Of a DNA stretch of 64,000 bases, positions 20,708-30,613 are shown piece by piece. Under the pieces are notes generated by a model that was not told where the DNA came from, did not search any database, and saw nothing but the letters and a program-made list of their open reading frames with translations. The stretch lies in the sequence record PZ212788.1; one strand, 5' to 3'. The DNA comes from a phage. The position numbers and the translations under genes were made by a program. How positions within the stretch are numbered: the stretch's first letter is position 1; every line of letters begins with the position of its first letter.

Positions 20708-23700
20708 ATGCTTCCAATCCCTTTGCTAAAACTTGGTCGTCATTTCCTCGATAAGAGGGGTGGAATTAAGGAACTTGCTGTTCTGTCATACCCAATAGAC
20801 AACAGTGATGGTACAAGCAACACAGTATCCTATGTAAATAGCTTAGCTATACTTTTTGATGATGGTCAGCTTAATATTACTGGCTATAATAGGTTCGGAG
20901 AGTGTCGGACTGGAGATCTTGATACAATAAACTATCCTAATGAGGCAGCTTGGAACGTAGACCATGTTTGGAGAGCTGACCGTGCATTTGTAATCCGCAC
21001 ATTCGATAATAAATTTTTCTATATTGGTTGCACAGCTGGTCTTATCGGATCGGAGGCAGCAGGTGGAAACGATGTTTGTGTCAGAGAGTGGACACCTTTG
21101 CCGGAACAGATCGTAACAGGGTTGCATTTGGACACCCATCCTGAGAGACTTGTTGAAGTAATGGGTGGCGTAAACAATACCGTGTGGGTAATTGCTGCAC
21201 CAGAGGCTGATGGTATGCTTCACCTGTACGGCTCTGGCAATAATACTTACGGCTCTCTTCATGTTGACAAAAGTCAACACGCTACTCCAGTTAAGATCGG
21301 TGAAACATCTGAAAGTCCAGAGACAGGTCCTTGGAAAAATCCAAGAATTAATTGTGAAGTTCATGACAACTCGGTTATTTTTGGTGGTCCTAACGGATTC
21401 TGGATTGCAGGTTACGACTTTCTGAGAAATAACAGTAGAAACGACCTTGTTTGGCCTCCTGTGCAGATTACTCGTAACGATTTGAGGGGCATTCCTGCAG
21501 ATGAGGAGTGGAAAGGGTTTATGTGTGGTCCTAACGGGGCAGTAATTGCTACACAGAGGATGCATAGACCCGATGACCAGCAGCTTGTTAACGTATTTTA
21601 TGGTCAAAACATTTGGGGAGATGATACATGGCGGGAACTGAATATCACCTACACCCATGAGGTAATGATGGCTCGTGGGTACGGCACAAGTGGCATTTTC
21701 TTCAATAATGGCACCAAGCAGTATCGTGGATTCTCTCGCAACTTGTGTAATGATATTGGTGCACAATCTGCAAACAATAGTCCTAGGTCCGATTTTATCC
21801 ACTATCAAGCTCTTGCTACAGCTAAATATGTTGAGCAACGCCTGCCAGTTAGCTGGACAGAGAGTGTTTATTTCCAAGGCATCCATAGAGAAGGTTTCTT
21901 AGGGACCTTTACTGTTGTTAATGGTAAACTTTGGTGGTCAGGCATCCCAAGGGGAAGTTTTGCAGGCTCTAACAACCTGTTTGGAGGCAGACTTAATAGC
22001 CAGGGGTTCACAGAGGTTCCTGAGAATTGGTATAAAAATGTCCCGGTAGACAGTTGGGGTGTTGAGGATATTTTCGACGTTAACGGTGTTAGCAGCGTTA
22101 GCAATATTTACATTGGTGACACGGTCAAGATGAAGTTGAAGCCTCAGCCAGAGGGGGCTACGTTCATTATTGACAAGATTGAACTGGTAAATGCTGCAGG
22201 TACGGTTGTTACAGATGCAAATTACCAATTCTCCACCAACTGGAACCACGGAGGGGCCAATGAAGTTGTTGTCACCCAGTATAACAGAAATGTTAACAGA
22301 CGTGGCCTGTACTCTGTAAAAATAACCTATCATGACAAGCATGGCACAGGCAGAACCCATACGACAAGGACTTTGAACTGGAACACCATAGTTCCTGCGT
22401 ACCCGTCTGATGGTAAATGGCATACTGTCGGTAGAAACAAACAGTTCCATGTCAACGATACTGTATACTTTGGGTTGAATGCGGCTCAGCCTGCAGTAGA
22501 AGGGGATACATCGTATATGGTCAGACTCCATAGAATGGATGCCGGATCAGTAACTTATGATGTTACCCAAGAGATTTATAATCAGCGACGAAATACCTAT
22601 GATAACTTGGTGCAGACACAGGCCTTATGGGAGTTCAACCCAAACGGCAGAGGTGGTAAAATGTTGCAGGTCAATGAACAAAACGGGACATCGTTAACTG
22701 TTCACGAACACCCAAACCCTTGGCCTGATCCTGGAAAACCTAACTCTGGTGCTCGTACACTGAAAATTGTCAGCCATGATGTAGGATATTTCGGAATACG
22801 CTGGGAAGCTACAGTAAGATATGCCGACGGGACAACAAACAACATAGGGATCACTCTTGGTGGCACTAGTGAGGATAACTCACTGAAAATTGCCTACACC
22901 CCTAGAGGCATCTCTATTGACAATATGGATGTTGTTCGCAACGGTTACGGCGATGTGAATGTCAAAGTTACTCTTGGCGAACATCTTGGTGGGGAAAGGA
23001 TCATCATGTATGCCTTTGATCATGACCCTCGCACCAACGGAACCTATGCAGACCAGGCGTGGAGCTACCTGATAAGCGCACCTGAGCCAAATACTAAAGA
23101 GTTCTACTACGGTATGAAGCGAGATGTGTGCAAGAAAACAGGAACACATGACTGGATTGCTATCTGCGTTAAAGATGAGCGCACAGCTTGGGACGAGCCT
23201 GTTAACAGATGGTTCATAGGGATTCCTACCAGAAGTGATAAATACGTTGAAGACTATATCGTGTGTATGGGCGGCACCAACCTCAACATGTGTTGGAACG
23301 AGGATGCTGCAAACAAATACTCTGACTATGACTATATGAGGGACTACTCTTGCAATCAATGGTTTAACCAATCCGGATATGCTAATCGACAGTCAAGAGT
23401 AAATCCTGCAATCTTTACAGATACGCAGGTTTTCTTGTTGAAACAGGCAAACGAGGTTCAGACCTTCAAGAATAACTATGACCCTAATAAGTGGTTCTAC
23501 AACTGTTACGGGGCATACTTTTGGGGACCTGCTGAACTGCCTGACAGCGGCTCTTGCTTCGAGGCTGCAACCTACGGCAGCGACTATATCATGGGACAGG
23601 TCAAGAAGTACAAGATGATCCCAGGGCCTGAAACTTTAGGTAACGCTGTTGACCCATACATAAATTTCGCAGCTTTGCATGCGAATATGGATGGTGCAAG

Positions 23701-26335
23701 GTATCCGTTCAACGTTCCAGTCGCCAATGGGTACAGACGTGTCGTGATGATTATCAAATGCGATCTGATCGGAAAGCAAGTTCTTGCAGAAAACGGAACA
23801 TCCACACATCCTTTTGAAGTTGCTCTGCACTACCAGTTTGCAGACTCACCATATGCGGGAGATAAAAGAATCTCCGACACAGACTCTAAGCGCTGTAAGA
23901 AAGTTTTACTTGGAGCCGGGTGGTGGTGGTACGAGTTTGATTTAACAGATAAGTTCACAGATGATACCAAAACTCTCACAGGTATCCGTCTGGACCTTGG
24001 TGAGAACATGCACAAAGCTGTTTGTGATGGCACCTACGGTGATCCTACAGTATACTTGAAGTATGTCTCTCTTGAGCATCCAGAGGATGCCGTAATCGGT
24101 CCTAAACTGAAATTGTTCGGCTCATGGATTGCCAAGGATAGAGTAGGAATGGGTAAGAAAGTGAGAGGATTCCTGATAGACGCAGGGACAGAGGACATGC
24201 TGGTTAATGCAGTGTGGCCTACGCTAGAAGGCACTGCCTACAACAATGCAGCTAGGTCTATAAATTGGTTCAACATTCACAGAGCTATGTGGACCACTAA
24301 CTGCTACTTGTGGAGAGAGCTTAACGATCAGGCCTTTGGCTTTAGTGACGGCAGAAGGATGGCGATCATTTGCTGGACAACACTGCAAAGATGTTATGAC
24401 CATGACTACGAGATTGGCGGTAGAGCATGGAAAGATATCAGAGATAGAATCATATACAATTTTGCAGATGATAATGGTGGCGGGGCATATAACTTTGGCA
24501 CAAGCCGACTTATCCACTTGAACGGATCTTTAGCCTACAAGAAAGAAGGTTACTCTGGGTCCATGATCGAGTGGGGCCTGGTAAAAGATGCTCGTATATT
24601 GATGGGCCAGCAACTTGCTGCCGCAATAGGACCTAGCGCAGTGCAGTCTGTTAAACCAGCGTGGTTCGATATTCCATTGTGGTCACCTGGAACACCAGGA
24701 ACTGCTGCAATCAACCCTACCACTGGGGATCTAGAAATCTCATGGGAGGACTTGAAGCAGGTCGGTGGTTGGGATAAAACAGGGTATCAGGTTCAGTGGT
24801 GGAGGCCTGATGGATCTTTAGCCGCTGATGAGTTTGTTAAGGACAATTTCTACACTATGTCTTCTGCAAAAGCACAGCAATTGTTCGGTCAGGCCACTCC
24901 GTCAACGATCACCATGTCTATGTGCTGTAAAGACAACAGGACTGGAGCTCTGGGACCGAGGGTTGCTAAGGTTTTCTCAGGTATTAAATGGAATCTTCCT
25001 GTTCAAAGTGTTTCATGGAAGCAAATAGGTGATAACAAGCTGCTGGTTACCCCTGCCTGTCAGTTCAACGCAACTCTTAACGTTGATCCTGCTGTTGCGG
25101 CAAACTCAGCTAAAGCTTCTGACTTCTCTGTGTCTAACACTGCTATGGCAGATGTGAGGAAGATTGACACACTGAACGCCAGAATTACCTGTAAAAACAC
25201 TTATGGCACATTCCAAATCATCAACAACTTCACAGATGCTGATTCTAAGGTAGTAAGGACAGCAAGCCAGACTCTGAGTTTAGGGACTCTGGCCTATGCG
25301 GCCCTGATCACCGAGCAGTCGGCAACACTCCAAGGAGGTGGTGTAGGCAAGTCCATTGCAACACCTGTGTGGAAGCCAAATGAGTGGGTTGTGTTTGATT
25401 TGACTGTGGACTTCTCCAGCGATAATAACTGGACATGGGTAAGGAATTGTTTGTCACAATTGATGGGAGGTCCAAGCTCCGTTAGTGATAGTCACGACTC
25501 TACTGACCCGAGTGTGTTCCAGGTAGGTAAAACTCACCCAGAGACTGGAGAAACGTTGCCTGACAGGAAGTATGCGTTGGTTTGCATCTCTTACGGGAAG
25601 GCAGATGTCACCTTCTCGGGGACACACACTTATAACGGAACATACAATTTCTCAAGGAAGTATAGTCTCAAAGCAGGGAACATTATAGACGAGGTTGGTG
25701 CACTGTATAATCCTGGAAACGGCATAGGGATTGTGGGTGGTCAACTGCAGATGCAGGAACCTTCTATTACCCCTTCCAACGTATCTGGGATTAGAAAGAC
25801 TTGGGAAAGTAGCAATACCAACATTGCAACAGTGGATGCTACCACAGGGCTGGTAACATTTAAAGCTACTGGGAATGTCACCATAAAGTTTGTAGTTACA
25901 GATGATGCAGGCCGCAAAACGTCCTCAACATCATTCACTGTCAAACAGATGGCACCTCAGTGGTTTATTTGGGAAGGAAATCCTCTTGACGGGGCCTACC
26001 CTAGACCTGCAGGAACGTCTAATATGAGGGTCTTTACCGGTCCGGTAATGAACAATCCGACCACAACCACCAACCCTACATTTTTTGGTGCTTACATACC
26101 TGAAATTATTGGCCTACCAAGGAACCAGATACAACTGCTTTTCGGAGCAGGTGTTGATGGTCTAGCCACTTTTGGGTACAGTGACAACATTGATGCAGCC
26201 AGAAGCTCTGGTTGGATTGGATTTAAGTTTCAGTGGAACCCTGGTGGTAGAACATTAGGTATTGCAAGCATAGGTGTTATGCTACCTGGTAACCAGCAAT
26301 ACCATCTCGAAGCTTATACAAACTTCCCTAGTTAA
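20708..26335 (+). CDS. Giant tail-associated adhesin/fiber protein (1875 aa)
   Basis: RBS GGAGAA; N-terminal RCC1-like repeat signature HLYGSGNNTYGSLH; C-terminal Ig-like Big_2-type segment NIATVDATTGLVTFKATGNVTIKFVVTD. Confidence 0.6.
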   Translation: MLPIPLLKLGRHFLDKRGGIKELAVLSYPIDNSDGTSNTVSYVNSLAILFDDGQLNITGYNRFGECRTGDLDTINYPNEAAWNVDHVWRADRAFVIRTFDNKFFYIGCTAGLIGSEAAGGNDVCVREWTPLPEQIVTGLHLDTHPERLVEVMGGVNNTVWVIAAPEADGMLHLYGSGNNTYGSLHVDKSQHATPVKIGETSESPETGPWKNPRINCEVHDNSVIFGGPNGFWIAGYDFLRNNSRNDLVWPPVQITRNDLRGIPADEEWKGFMCGPNGAVIATQRMHRPDDQQLVNVFYGQNIWGDDTWRELNITYTHEVMMARGYGTSGIFFNNGTKQYRGFSRNLCNDIGAQSANNSPRSDFIHYQALATAKYVEQRLPVSWTESVYFQGIHREGFLGTFTVVNGKLWWSGIPRGSFAGSNNLFGGRLNSQGFTEVPENWYKNVPVDSWGVEDIFDVNGVSSVSNIYIGDTVKMKLKPQPEGATFIIDKIELVNAAGTVVTDANYQFSTNWNHGGANEVVVTQYNRNVNRRGLYSVKITYHDKHGTGRTHTTRTLNWNTIVPAYPSDGKWHTVGRNKQFHVNDTVYFGLNAAQPAVEGDTSYMVRLHRMDAGSVTYDVTQEIYNQRRNTYDNLVQTQALWEFNPNGRGGKMLQVNEQNGTSLTVHEHPNPWPDPGKPNSGARTLKIVSHDVGYFGIRWEATVRYADGTTNNIGITLGGTSEDNSLKIAYTPRGISIDNMDVVRNGYGDVNVKVTLGEHLGGERIIMYAFDHDPRTNGTYADQAWSYLISAPEPNTKEFYYGMKRDVCKKTGTHDWIAICVKDERTAWDEPVNRWFIGIPTRSDKYVEDYIVCMGGTNLNMCWNEDAANKYSDYDYMRDYSCNQWFNQSGYANRQSRVNPAIFTDTQVFLLKQANEVQTFKNNYDPNKWFYNCYGAYFWGPAELPDSGSCFEAATYGSDYIMGQVKKYKMIPGPETLGNAVDPYINFAALHANMDGARYPFNVPVANGYRRVVMIIKCDLIGKQVLAENGTSTHPFEVALHYQFADSPYAGDKRISDTDSKRCKKVLLGAGWWWYEFDLTDKFTDDTKTLTGIRLDLGENMHKAVCDGTYGDPTVYLKYVSLEHPEDAVIGPKLKLFGSWIAKDRVGMGKKVRGFLIDAGTEDMLVNAVWPTLEGTAYNNAARSINWFNIHRAMWTTNCYLWRELNDQAFGFSDGRRMAIICWTTLQRCYDHDYEIGGRAWKDIRDRIIYNFADDNGGGAYNFGTSRLIHLNGSLAYKKEGYSGSMIEWGLVKDARILMGQQLAAAIGPSAVQSVKPAWFDIPLWSPGTPGTAAINPTTGDLEISWEDLKQVGGWDKTGYQVQWWRPDGSLAADEFVKDNFYTMSSAKAQQLFGQATPSTITMSMCCKDNRTGALGPRVAKVFSGIKWNLPVQSVSWKQIGDNKLLVTPACQFNATLNVDPAVAANSAKASDFSVSNTAMADVRKIDTLNARITCKNTYGTFQIINNFTDADSKVVRTASQTLSLGTLAYAALITEQSATLQGGGVGKSIATPVWKPNEWVVFDLTVDFSSDNNWTWVRNCLSQLMGGPSSVSDSHDSTDPSVFQVGKTHPETGETLPDRKYALVCISYGKADVTFSGTHTYNGTYNFSRKYSLKAGNIIDEVGALYNPGNGIGIVGGQLQMQEPSITPSNVSGIRKTWESSNTNIATVDATTGLVTFKATGNVTIKFVVTDDAGRKTSSTSFTVKQMAPQWFIWEGNPLDGAYPRPAGTSNMRVFTGPVMNNPTTTTNPTFFGAYIPEIIGLPRNQIQLLFGAGVDGLATFGYSDNIDAARSSGWIGFKFQWNPGGRTLGIASIGVMLPGNQQYHLEAYTNFPS

Positions 26336-26343
26336 CAGGAGGA

Positions 26344-26379
26344 AAATAAAAAAGGGGCCAAACGGCCCCTTTCTTTTTA
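26344..26379. terminator. Bidirectional rho-independent terminator
   Basis: A-tract, GGGGCC-AAAC-GGCCCC, T-tract; lies between convergent genes ending at 26335 (+) and 26383 (-). Confidence 0.85.
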
Positions 26380-26382
26380 TAA

Positions 26383-26583
26383 TTAGTAATATTCCCAACA
26401 TGCCCCATCTTCAGACGGCTTGACGCGCTTACCTTTATGGTCAACATAGGTATAGCCACAACCTTCACAAATAACAGGTGCTGCATAGCCTTCCTTCCAC
26501 TGATCCTCAGTGATCAGACCTTCCAAATCTTTGCAGTCAAAGCCAAACAACTCTTCAGAGCAATCTTTACAAAAATCAGCCAT
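26383..26583 (-). CDS. Small zinc-ribbon-like protein (66 aa)
   Basis: Cys pairs CKDC and CEGC; RBS GAGGA on minus strand. Confidence 0.45.
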   Translation of the reverse strand: MADFCKDCSEELFGFDCKDLEGLITEDQWKEGYAAPVICEGCGYTYVDHKGKRVKPSEDGACWEYY

Positions 26584-26586
26584 TTC

Positions 26587-26994
26587 TCAGTCCTCGCATT
26601 TAACAAATTTTTCTATAGATCCACCAAGCACAGCTTGTTGTTTGATGGCACTTTCTTCATCATAGTGGATAGACTTATGTTCCGTACCTCCAAACTTACC
26701 TGTGTGGAAGGTGTGCACCCAAATCTCTTTAGGAAGGGATTTATTCTCTTCCTCCACCAACTCCCACATACCCCACAAGTGATCTGTGATATCTCTGATG
26801 AAATATCCCTCGCCGAGGTTTGTATTCACACTGTAAGCTGATTCGTGATCTCCGCAAATATAACGGAAGGCAGTGTACTCTTTACCTGGTGTGAAGTGAG
26901 TATCCATTAGTATGGCTGTTAAAGAATAAGGGTCTCGAAAGCCCAAGAACTTTAGTTTAACAATTTCGACATTTACATCTGCAAGATTATCCAT
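26587..26994 (-). CDS. Hypothetical protein (135 aa)
   Basis: ATG at 26994 with RBS GAGGAG 6 nt upstream preferred over ORF-track TTG at 27051. Confidence 0.45.
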   Translation of the reverse strand: MDNLADVNVEIVKLKFLGFRDPYSLTAILMDTHFTPGKEYTAFRYICGDHESAYSVNTNLGEGYFIRDITDHLWGMWELVEEENKSLPKEIWVHTFHTGKFGGTEHKSIHYDEESAIKQQAVLGGSIEKFVKCED

Positions 26995-27155
26995 GACGAT
27001 CTCCTCTGTTTGGTTGGTGAGAATTATATATAGATCTGGTGGTGGTGTCAAGCTTAATTTTAAGAGATCTGAGAGGGTATTTTATTCAGGAAGGCAATCG
27101 CACAGGGTGGAGAAATTTATGAAGGCACAGGCCTCGTTTGAGGCCTTAAATTCTA

Positions 27156-27536
27156 TTATGACACTTTGACATAGCGCTCTGACAAAGCTGGGAAGCCAAA
27201 AGTAGTGCCTATACTACCATAGGCTATCCACCATTGGAGTTCATCGTGACACCATTTTCCGATCAGGAAGGTGCTGGGATAGCGGGTCAGTATTTTGGCA
27301 TAAGCTTTAGGATCTGCATCTTCTGGGATAATGATGCTTGGAATATCTTTGTTATGACCACAGCAGCAGTTTAGCGTTTTCAAACCTGCTGCCCACAAAC
27401 TCATGATAGGCTTAGCCATACACTTATCAAGGCACACACGTTTTTTGCCGTCACGAAGATTTTTAGGCACATCAACGATAACATTTGGATGCTTGGCACC
27501 TTTCACTTTCCAATTATAGGATTTACACTTGCACAT
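27156..27536 (-). CDS. Cys-rich hypothetical protein (126 aa)
   Basis: RBS GGAG; motifs CKCK, CLDKC, NCCCGHN suggest metal binding; family not recognised. Confidence 0.45.
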   Translation of the reverse strand: MCKCKSYNWKVKGAKHPNVIVDVPKNLRDGKKRVCLDKCMAKPIMSLWAAGLKTLNCCCGHNKDIPSIIIPEDADPKAYAKILTRYPSTFLIGKWCHDELQWWIAYGSIGTTFGFPALSERYVKVS

Positions 27537-27586
27537 TTAATCAGTCTCCGTCTAGAAAGCCGCACTATACGTTTTTGAGGTATACT

Positions 27587-27757
27587 TTACTTAAAGTCTT
27601 TATCACCTGCCACGATTGCATGAATCCACTCATTGTGATGCTCAATAGCGGTGAGATGTAACATGATGTAGTGATCGTCATTGCCAAACATGATATGATA
27701 GGCTTTGGCAGCATTTTGATATAACTTCCACATCAGGTAATGATATCTTCGCCTCAT
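27587..27757 (-). CDS. Small protein (56 aa), translationally coupled
   Basis: ATG 6 nt after the stop of the HAD gene with RBS GGAG; below ORF-track length cut-off; fills a 226-bp gap. Confidence 0.25.
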   Translation of the reverse strand: MRRRYHYLMWKLYQNAAKAYHIMFGNDDHYIMLHLTAIEHHNEWIHAIVAGDKDFK

Positions 27758-27762
27758 GGCTC

Positions 27763-28233
27763 TTACTCCGGTGCAGGATCTGGGTAATCTTCAATAATAA
27801 AGGGCCATCCGTTCCGCTTAGCCTCAGACTTATACTCAATCTCCTTCATTGCAAACTCTAACTGATTCTTAGCCGGAATACATGCCGGAGAATCATCAAT
27901 CCAGATATCTGGGTAGATATCAAACTGCGCCAGGTAGGCTGCCTTCTGAACACCACCTGTGTAGAACACACCAACATCGAGCTCCTTGCGCCAATACTCA
28001 ATGTCTACATTGTCTTGAGTAATGAATCGGAAAGTCACAAGGTAGACTGTCCACCCCTCCTTCTTCAGATCCCTGATCAGGCGGGAGAAGATGAAAGGGC
28101 TCGCATTAAACGTTCCATCAAAGTCGATGGCAATGATGTGCGTGCCGTGGCGAGTCTCATATGGATTGCTCGTGGTAAGATTGCTGTAATTAAAAGGGAC
28201 TTCTTCCCCGCAGTAGCTGTAGTCCATATTCAC
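27763..28233 (-). CDS. HAD-superfamily phosphatase, putative 5'-(deoxy)nucleotidase
   Basis: HAD motif I IIAIDFDGTF, motif II VYLVT, Lys in GGVQK, motif IV IWIDDSP. Confidence 0.55.
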   Translation of the reverse strand: MNMDYSYCGEEVPFNYSNLTTSNPYETRHGTHIIAIDFDGTFNASPFIFSRLIRDLKKEGWTVYLVTFRFITQDNVDIEYWRKELDVGVFYTGGVQKAAYLAQFDIYPDIWIDDSPACIPAKNQLEFAMKEIEYKSEAKRNGWPFIIEDYPDPAPE

Positions 28234-28505
28234 ACCTTCTCGTTGATAAATTTACGGGCGGTTTGGTGAGTTGTTTCTGCTGTCTTCAGAATGATATTAA
28301 TTTTATCGTCAAGATCATTCATCTCGGCAGTTAATTCAGGAATCTCTCCGGCATGCATGGTGAAATCATACATAGACATGCCCAAGATCTCATTGATGCG
28401 GCGGTTGCATTCTGCAGCACGCTGGTTCATTTTCCAAGCTAACACCAAAGCCTCCTGCGTAGCCTCTAGTGCAAAATCTAATACGTCGGCCTCTTCTTTC
28501 GTCAT
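28230..28505 (-). CDS. Hypothetical protein (91 aa)
   Basis: ORF with RBS AGGAGAGA; stop overlaps the start of the next gene in the operon. Confidence 0.4.
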   Translation of the reverse strand: MTKEEADVLDFALEATQEALVLAWKMNQRAAECNRRINEILGMSMYDFTMHAGEIPELTAEMNDLDDKINIILKTAETTHQTARKFINEKV

Positions 28506-28562
28506 CTTAGTCTCTCCTGTTGTATTGTTGGTAGGTGTATGAATACCTTATAACTCACCTTT

Positions 28563-29129
28563 TTATTCAAACTGCAATAGTAAGTCCACCACCGCGCTAG
28601 GTCTGTCAACAAATTCCCCAGGTCCACATGCCCACAGAGGGTATCCGTCTACATACCGCCAAATCCAACCTGCAGTGTGGAGTTCGAGCAGGGCAGTACC
28701 GTCCTTACTGTCAACCACTCTTTCCCACAGTGTCGGGCAGCGAAGCTTGAGGATCGGATCCCCTCCCTTATACCCATCCATGTAGATACCCATTGCAAAG
28801 TTCAGCATCATCTTTTTGTGCACTGATCTTTTACTGAGGGTACTCATCACTTCCTCTTTGTGAATGTTTGTAAGCTTCTCCTTGGCTACCCGCAGATCGT
28901 TGCAACCATTGTTCAGCAGATCTTCCAGACACTTGATCCGAAGGTCGTGAATGTCTTTGTCGTGTACCGTTGGCACAGGGTCGTAGCGGTATAGCACTGT
29001 TGATACAAGGTTGCTCGGGTGTGGGTCTGACAGCAACCCATAACCCCAATACTCTTCTGTATCTGAAAGGACAAGACACCCAATGTCTCTGTCAAGCTTT
29101 CCTGTGTTGTAAGCCACATTGACCGCCAT
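28563..29129 (-). CDS. Hypothetical protein (188 aa)
   Basis: Co-oriented ORF in minus-strand block. Confidence 0.45.
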   Translation of the reverse strand: MAVNVAYNTGKLDRDIGCLVLSDTEEYWGYGLLSDPHPSNLVSTVLYRYDPVPTVHDKDIHDLRIKCLEDLLNNGCNDLRVAKEKLTNIHKEEVMSTLSKRSVHKKMMLNFAMGIYMDGYKGGDPILKLRCPTLWERVVDSKDGTALLELHTAGWIWRYVDGYPLWACGPGEFVDRPSAVVDLLLQFE

Positions 29130-29131
29130 GA

Positions 29132-29377
29132 CTATAGCTCCACTAGCAAAGTGCTTTCAAAGTGCCGTTCATGCAAACCGTTGTAAGGGACCACTTCTAC
29201 AACGCCATCACGGACATATGGGGCCATCATGGTGGTATAATCTCCAAACGGGTTGGTATTGTCACTAACCACAACCACCTTCTGCCCTTCCTTGGCAGAG
29301 TGCCAAATAGATCTGCACTTCATCAGGTGTTCGAGAGCTCCAGGTAAAATTTTGTTACGTTCTTTACGGGTCTTCAT
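29132..29377 (-). CDS. Hypothetical protein (81 aa)
   Basis: Tightly packed ORF, 2-nt gap to neighbour. Confidence 0.4.
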   Translation of the reverse strand: MKTRKERNKILPGALEHLMKCRSIWHSAKEGQKVVVVSDNTNPFGDYTTMMAPYVRDGVVEVVPYNGLHERHFESTLLVEL

Positions 29378-29823
29378 AACAGATATAGCTCCTTATGAAA
29401 GTGGTCTTTTAATTTCTCACTGAGAAACTTCTTGATACCTTCCTCTAAAGTGTTTTCGATGTAGTCCAGCTTAACTGCTTCGATGGACATATCATAGATC
29501 GCCAGCTCTAAGCTGTCAAGTCCCATCATAGCATGAACCATAAGATTTTCATCTTCAGATACATTCAGGGGGCTTCCTATAACATCTGGAGGCAGAATAG
29601 TTTCCCAATTATTCTGGGCGGTAGTTCTCCCTCCCTCTACTTTACGGCGCAGTTCGAATGTGTTCTTAGTGTAGAACACTTCATAAGAAACGATACGACT
29701 GTCGCTCTCGTAATAAACGAAGTTCAGGTAGGAGCCTAGCCGCAGTCGGCAAACTTCTACCCCAAACCATTGTTTCTTATAAGAATTCAGGCTAATGCTG
29801 TCGCATTCACGTTTGCTCAACAC
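29374..29823 (-). CDS. Hypothetical protein (149 aa)
   Basis: ORF overlapping neighbour by 4 nt. Confidence 0.45.
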   Translation of the reverse strand: MLSKRECDSISLNSYKKQWFGVEVCRLRLGSYLNFVYYESDSRIVSYEVFYTKNTFELRRKVEGGRTTAQNNWETILPPDVIGSPLNVSEDENLMVHAMMGLDSLELAIYDMSIEAVKLDYIENTLEEGIKKFLSEKLKDHFHKELYLL

Positions 29824-29839
29824 GGCTCTCTCCTTTTTG

Positions 29840-30076
29840 TTAATCTTCGTAAATCAGGATTTCTGCTTTAGGTTTTCGTGCTTTCATGTCCAGCTCTATC
29901 CAGTGCACCATAGCTGTTTCAAGAAAAACAGCCTGGATGCATCCGTCCTCAGCAGCGTGTCCTAGCAGCATAACAAGATCTTCTCCTTCGTCATCTGCAT
30001 CACGAACATACAGAATCTCCCCGGGTTCAAAATCTTTAACAACCTGATTGTTGGATAATTTACGAATTTTCGCCAT
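29840..30076 (-). CDS. Small hypothetical protein (78 aa)
   Basis: One of three consecutive small ORFs of 78-88 aa. Confidence 0.4.
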   Translation of the reverse strand: MAKIRKLSNNQVVKDFEPGEILYVRDADDEGEDLVMLLGHAAEDGCIQAVFLETAMVHWIELDMKARKPKAEILIYED

Positions 30077-30077
30077 A

Positions 30078-30341
30078 TCAGAAACCCTCTAAAAAGCTCT
30101 TGTAGAAAACAATCTCAGTATCCACACCAGTCACAATCTTGTCGTTCCTGATTTCATCGGTAAGATAGGTGTCAAAACGCAGAACCTGTGTGGTGTTGTC
30201 ACACATCCACTCAGCTGTGACCATTGCGAAAATCTTAGCATCTTCATTATCTGGTGTGAATGTTACCACCTCACCGCACTTAAACTTTTCGATAGGCTGA
30301 GTGTTAGCTTTCGGTTCTGCGATAGTGATTTTTGTGGTCAT
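30078..30341 (-). CDS. Small hypothetical protein (87 aa)
   Basis: Tightly packed small ORF. Confidence 0.4.
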   Translation of the reverse strand: MTTKITIAEPKANTQPIEKFKCGEVVTFTPDNEDAKIFAMVTAEWMCDNTTQVLRFDTYLTDEIRNDKIVTGVDTEIVFYKSFLEGF

Positions 30342-30607
30342 TACTCTTCCTCCATAGTTTCACCAAATACTTCGATACGAGCATCGAGCTCGGTTGCTTT
30401 CAGCTCCCCAACAAAATCTTTTAGTTCTTTCTCGTCCAGATCGTAAGCCCACACACAAGAAGAACATGCAGATTTCACAATCAGTAGAGTAGATACACGA
30501 CCTGACTCTGTGATCATGCTCACAATGGTCCCCACAGGGAACGTGTTGATAGCTTTTTTAACTGGGCGTTCAGCTTTAATTACTACCTCTGTTGCCATAA
30601 ATAACAT
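30341..30607 (-). CDS. Small hypothetical protein (88 aa)
   Basis: Tightly packed small ORF, overlap ATGA. Confidence 0.4.
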   Translation of the reverse strand: MLFMATEVVIKAERPVKKAINTFPVGTIVSMITESGRVSTLLIVKSACSSCVWAYDLDEKELKDFVGELKATELDARIEVFGETMEEE

Positions 30608-30613
30608 CCTCTC

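Noticed and set aside
20843-21886. Antisense ORFs inside large genes, such as 20843-21886 (-), 2598-3095 (-), 4116-4634 (-) and 45032-45718 (-)
   Set aside because: They lie fully within long, well-supported sense-strand genes, have no RBS and give low-complexity translations; treated as shadow ORFs.
1-26335. Tape measure protein and programmed-frameshift tail chaperone in the structural block
   Set aside because: No long helical, repeat-rich ORF and no slippery-site pair was seen; these genes probably lie upstream of the window.
1830-26335. Diversity-generating retroelement acting on a fiber gene
   Set aside because: No reverse-transcriptase motif in any ORF and no non-coding template copy of a fiber 3' end; the repeated 30-nt segment belongs to two full-length paralogous genes.
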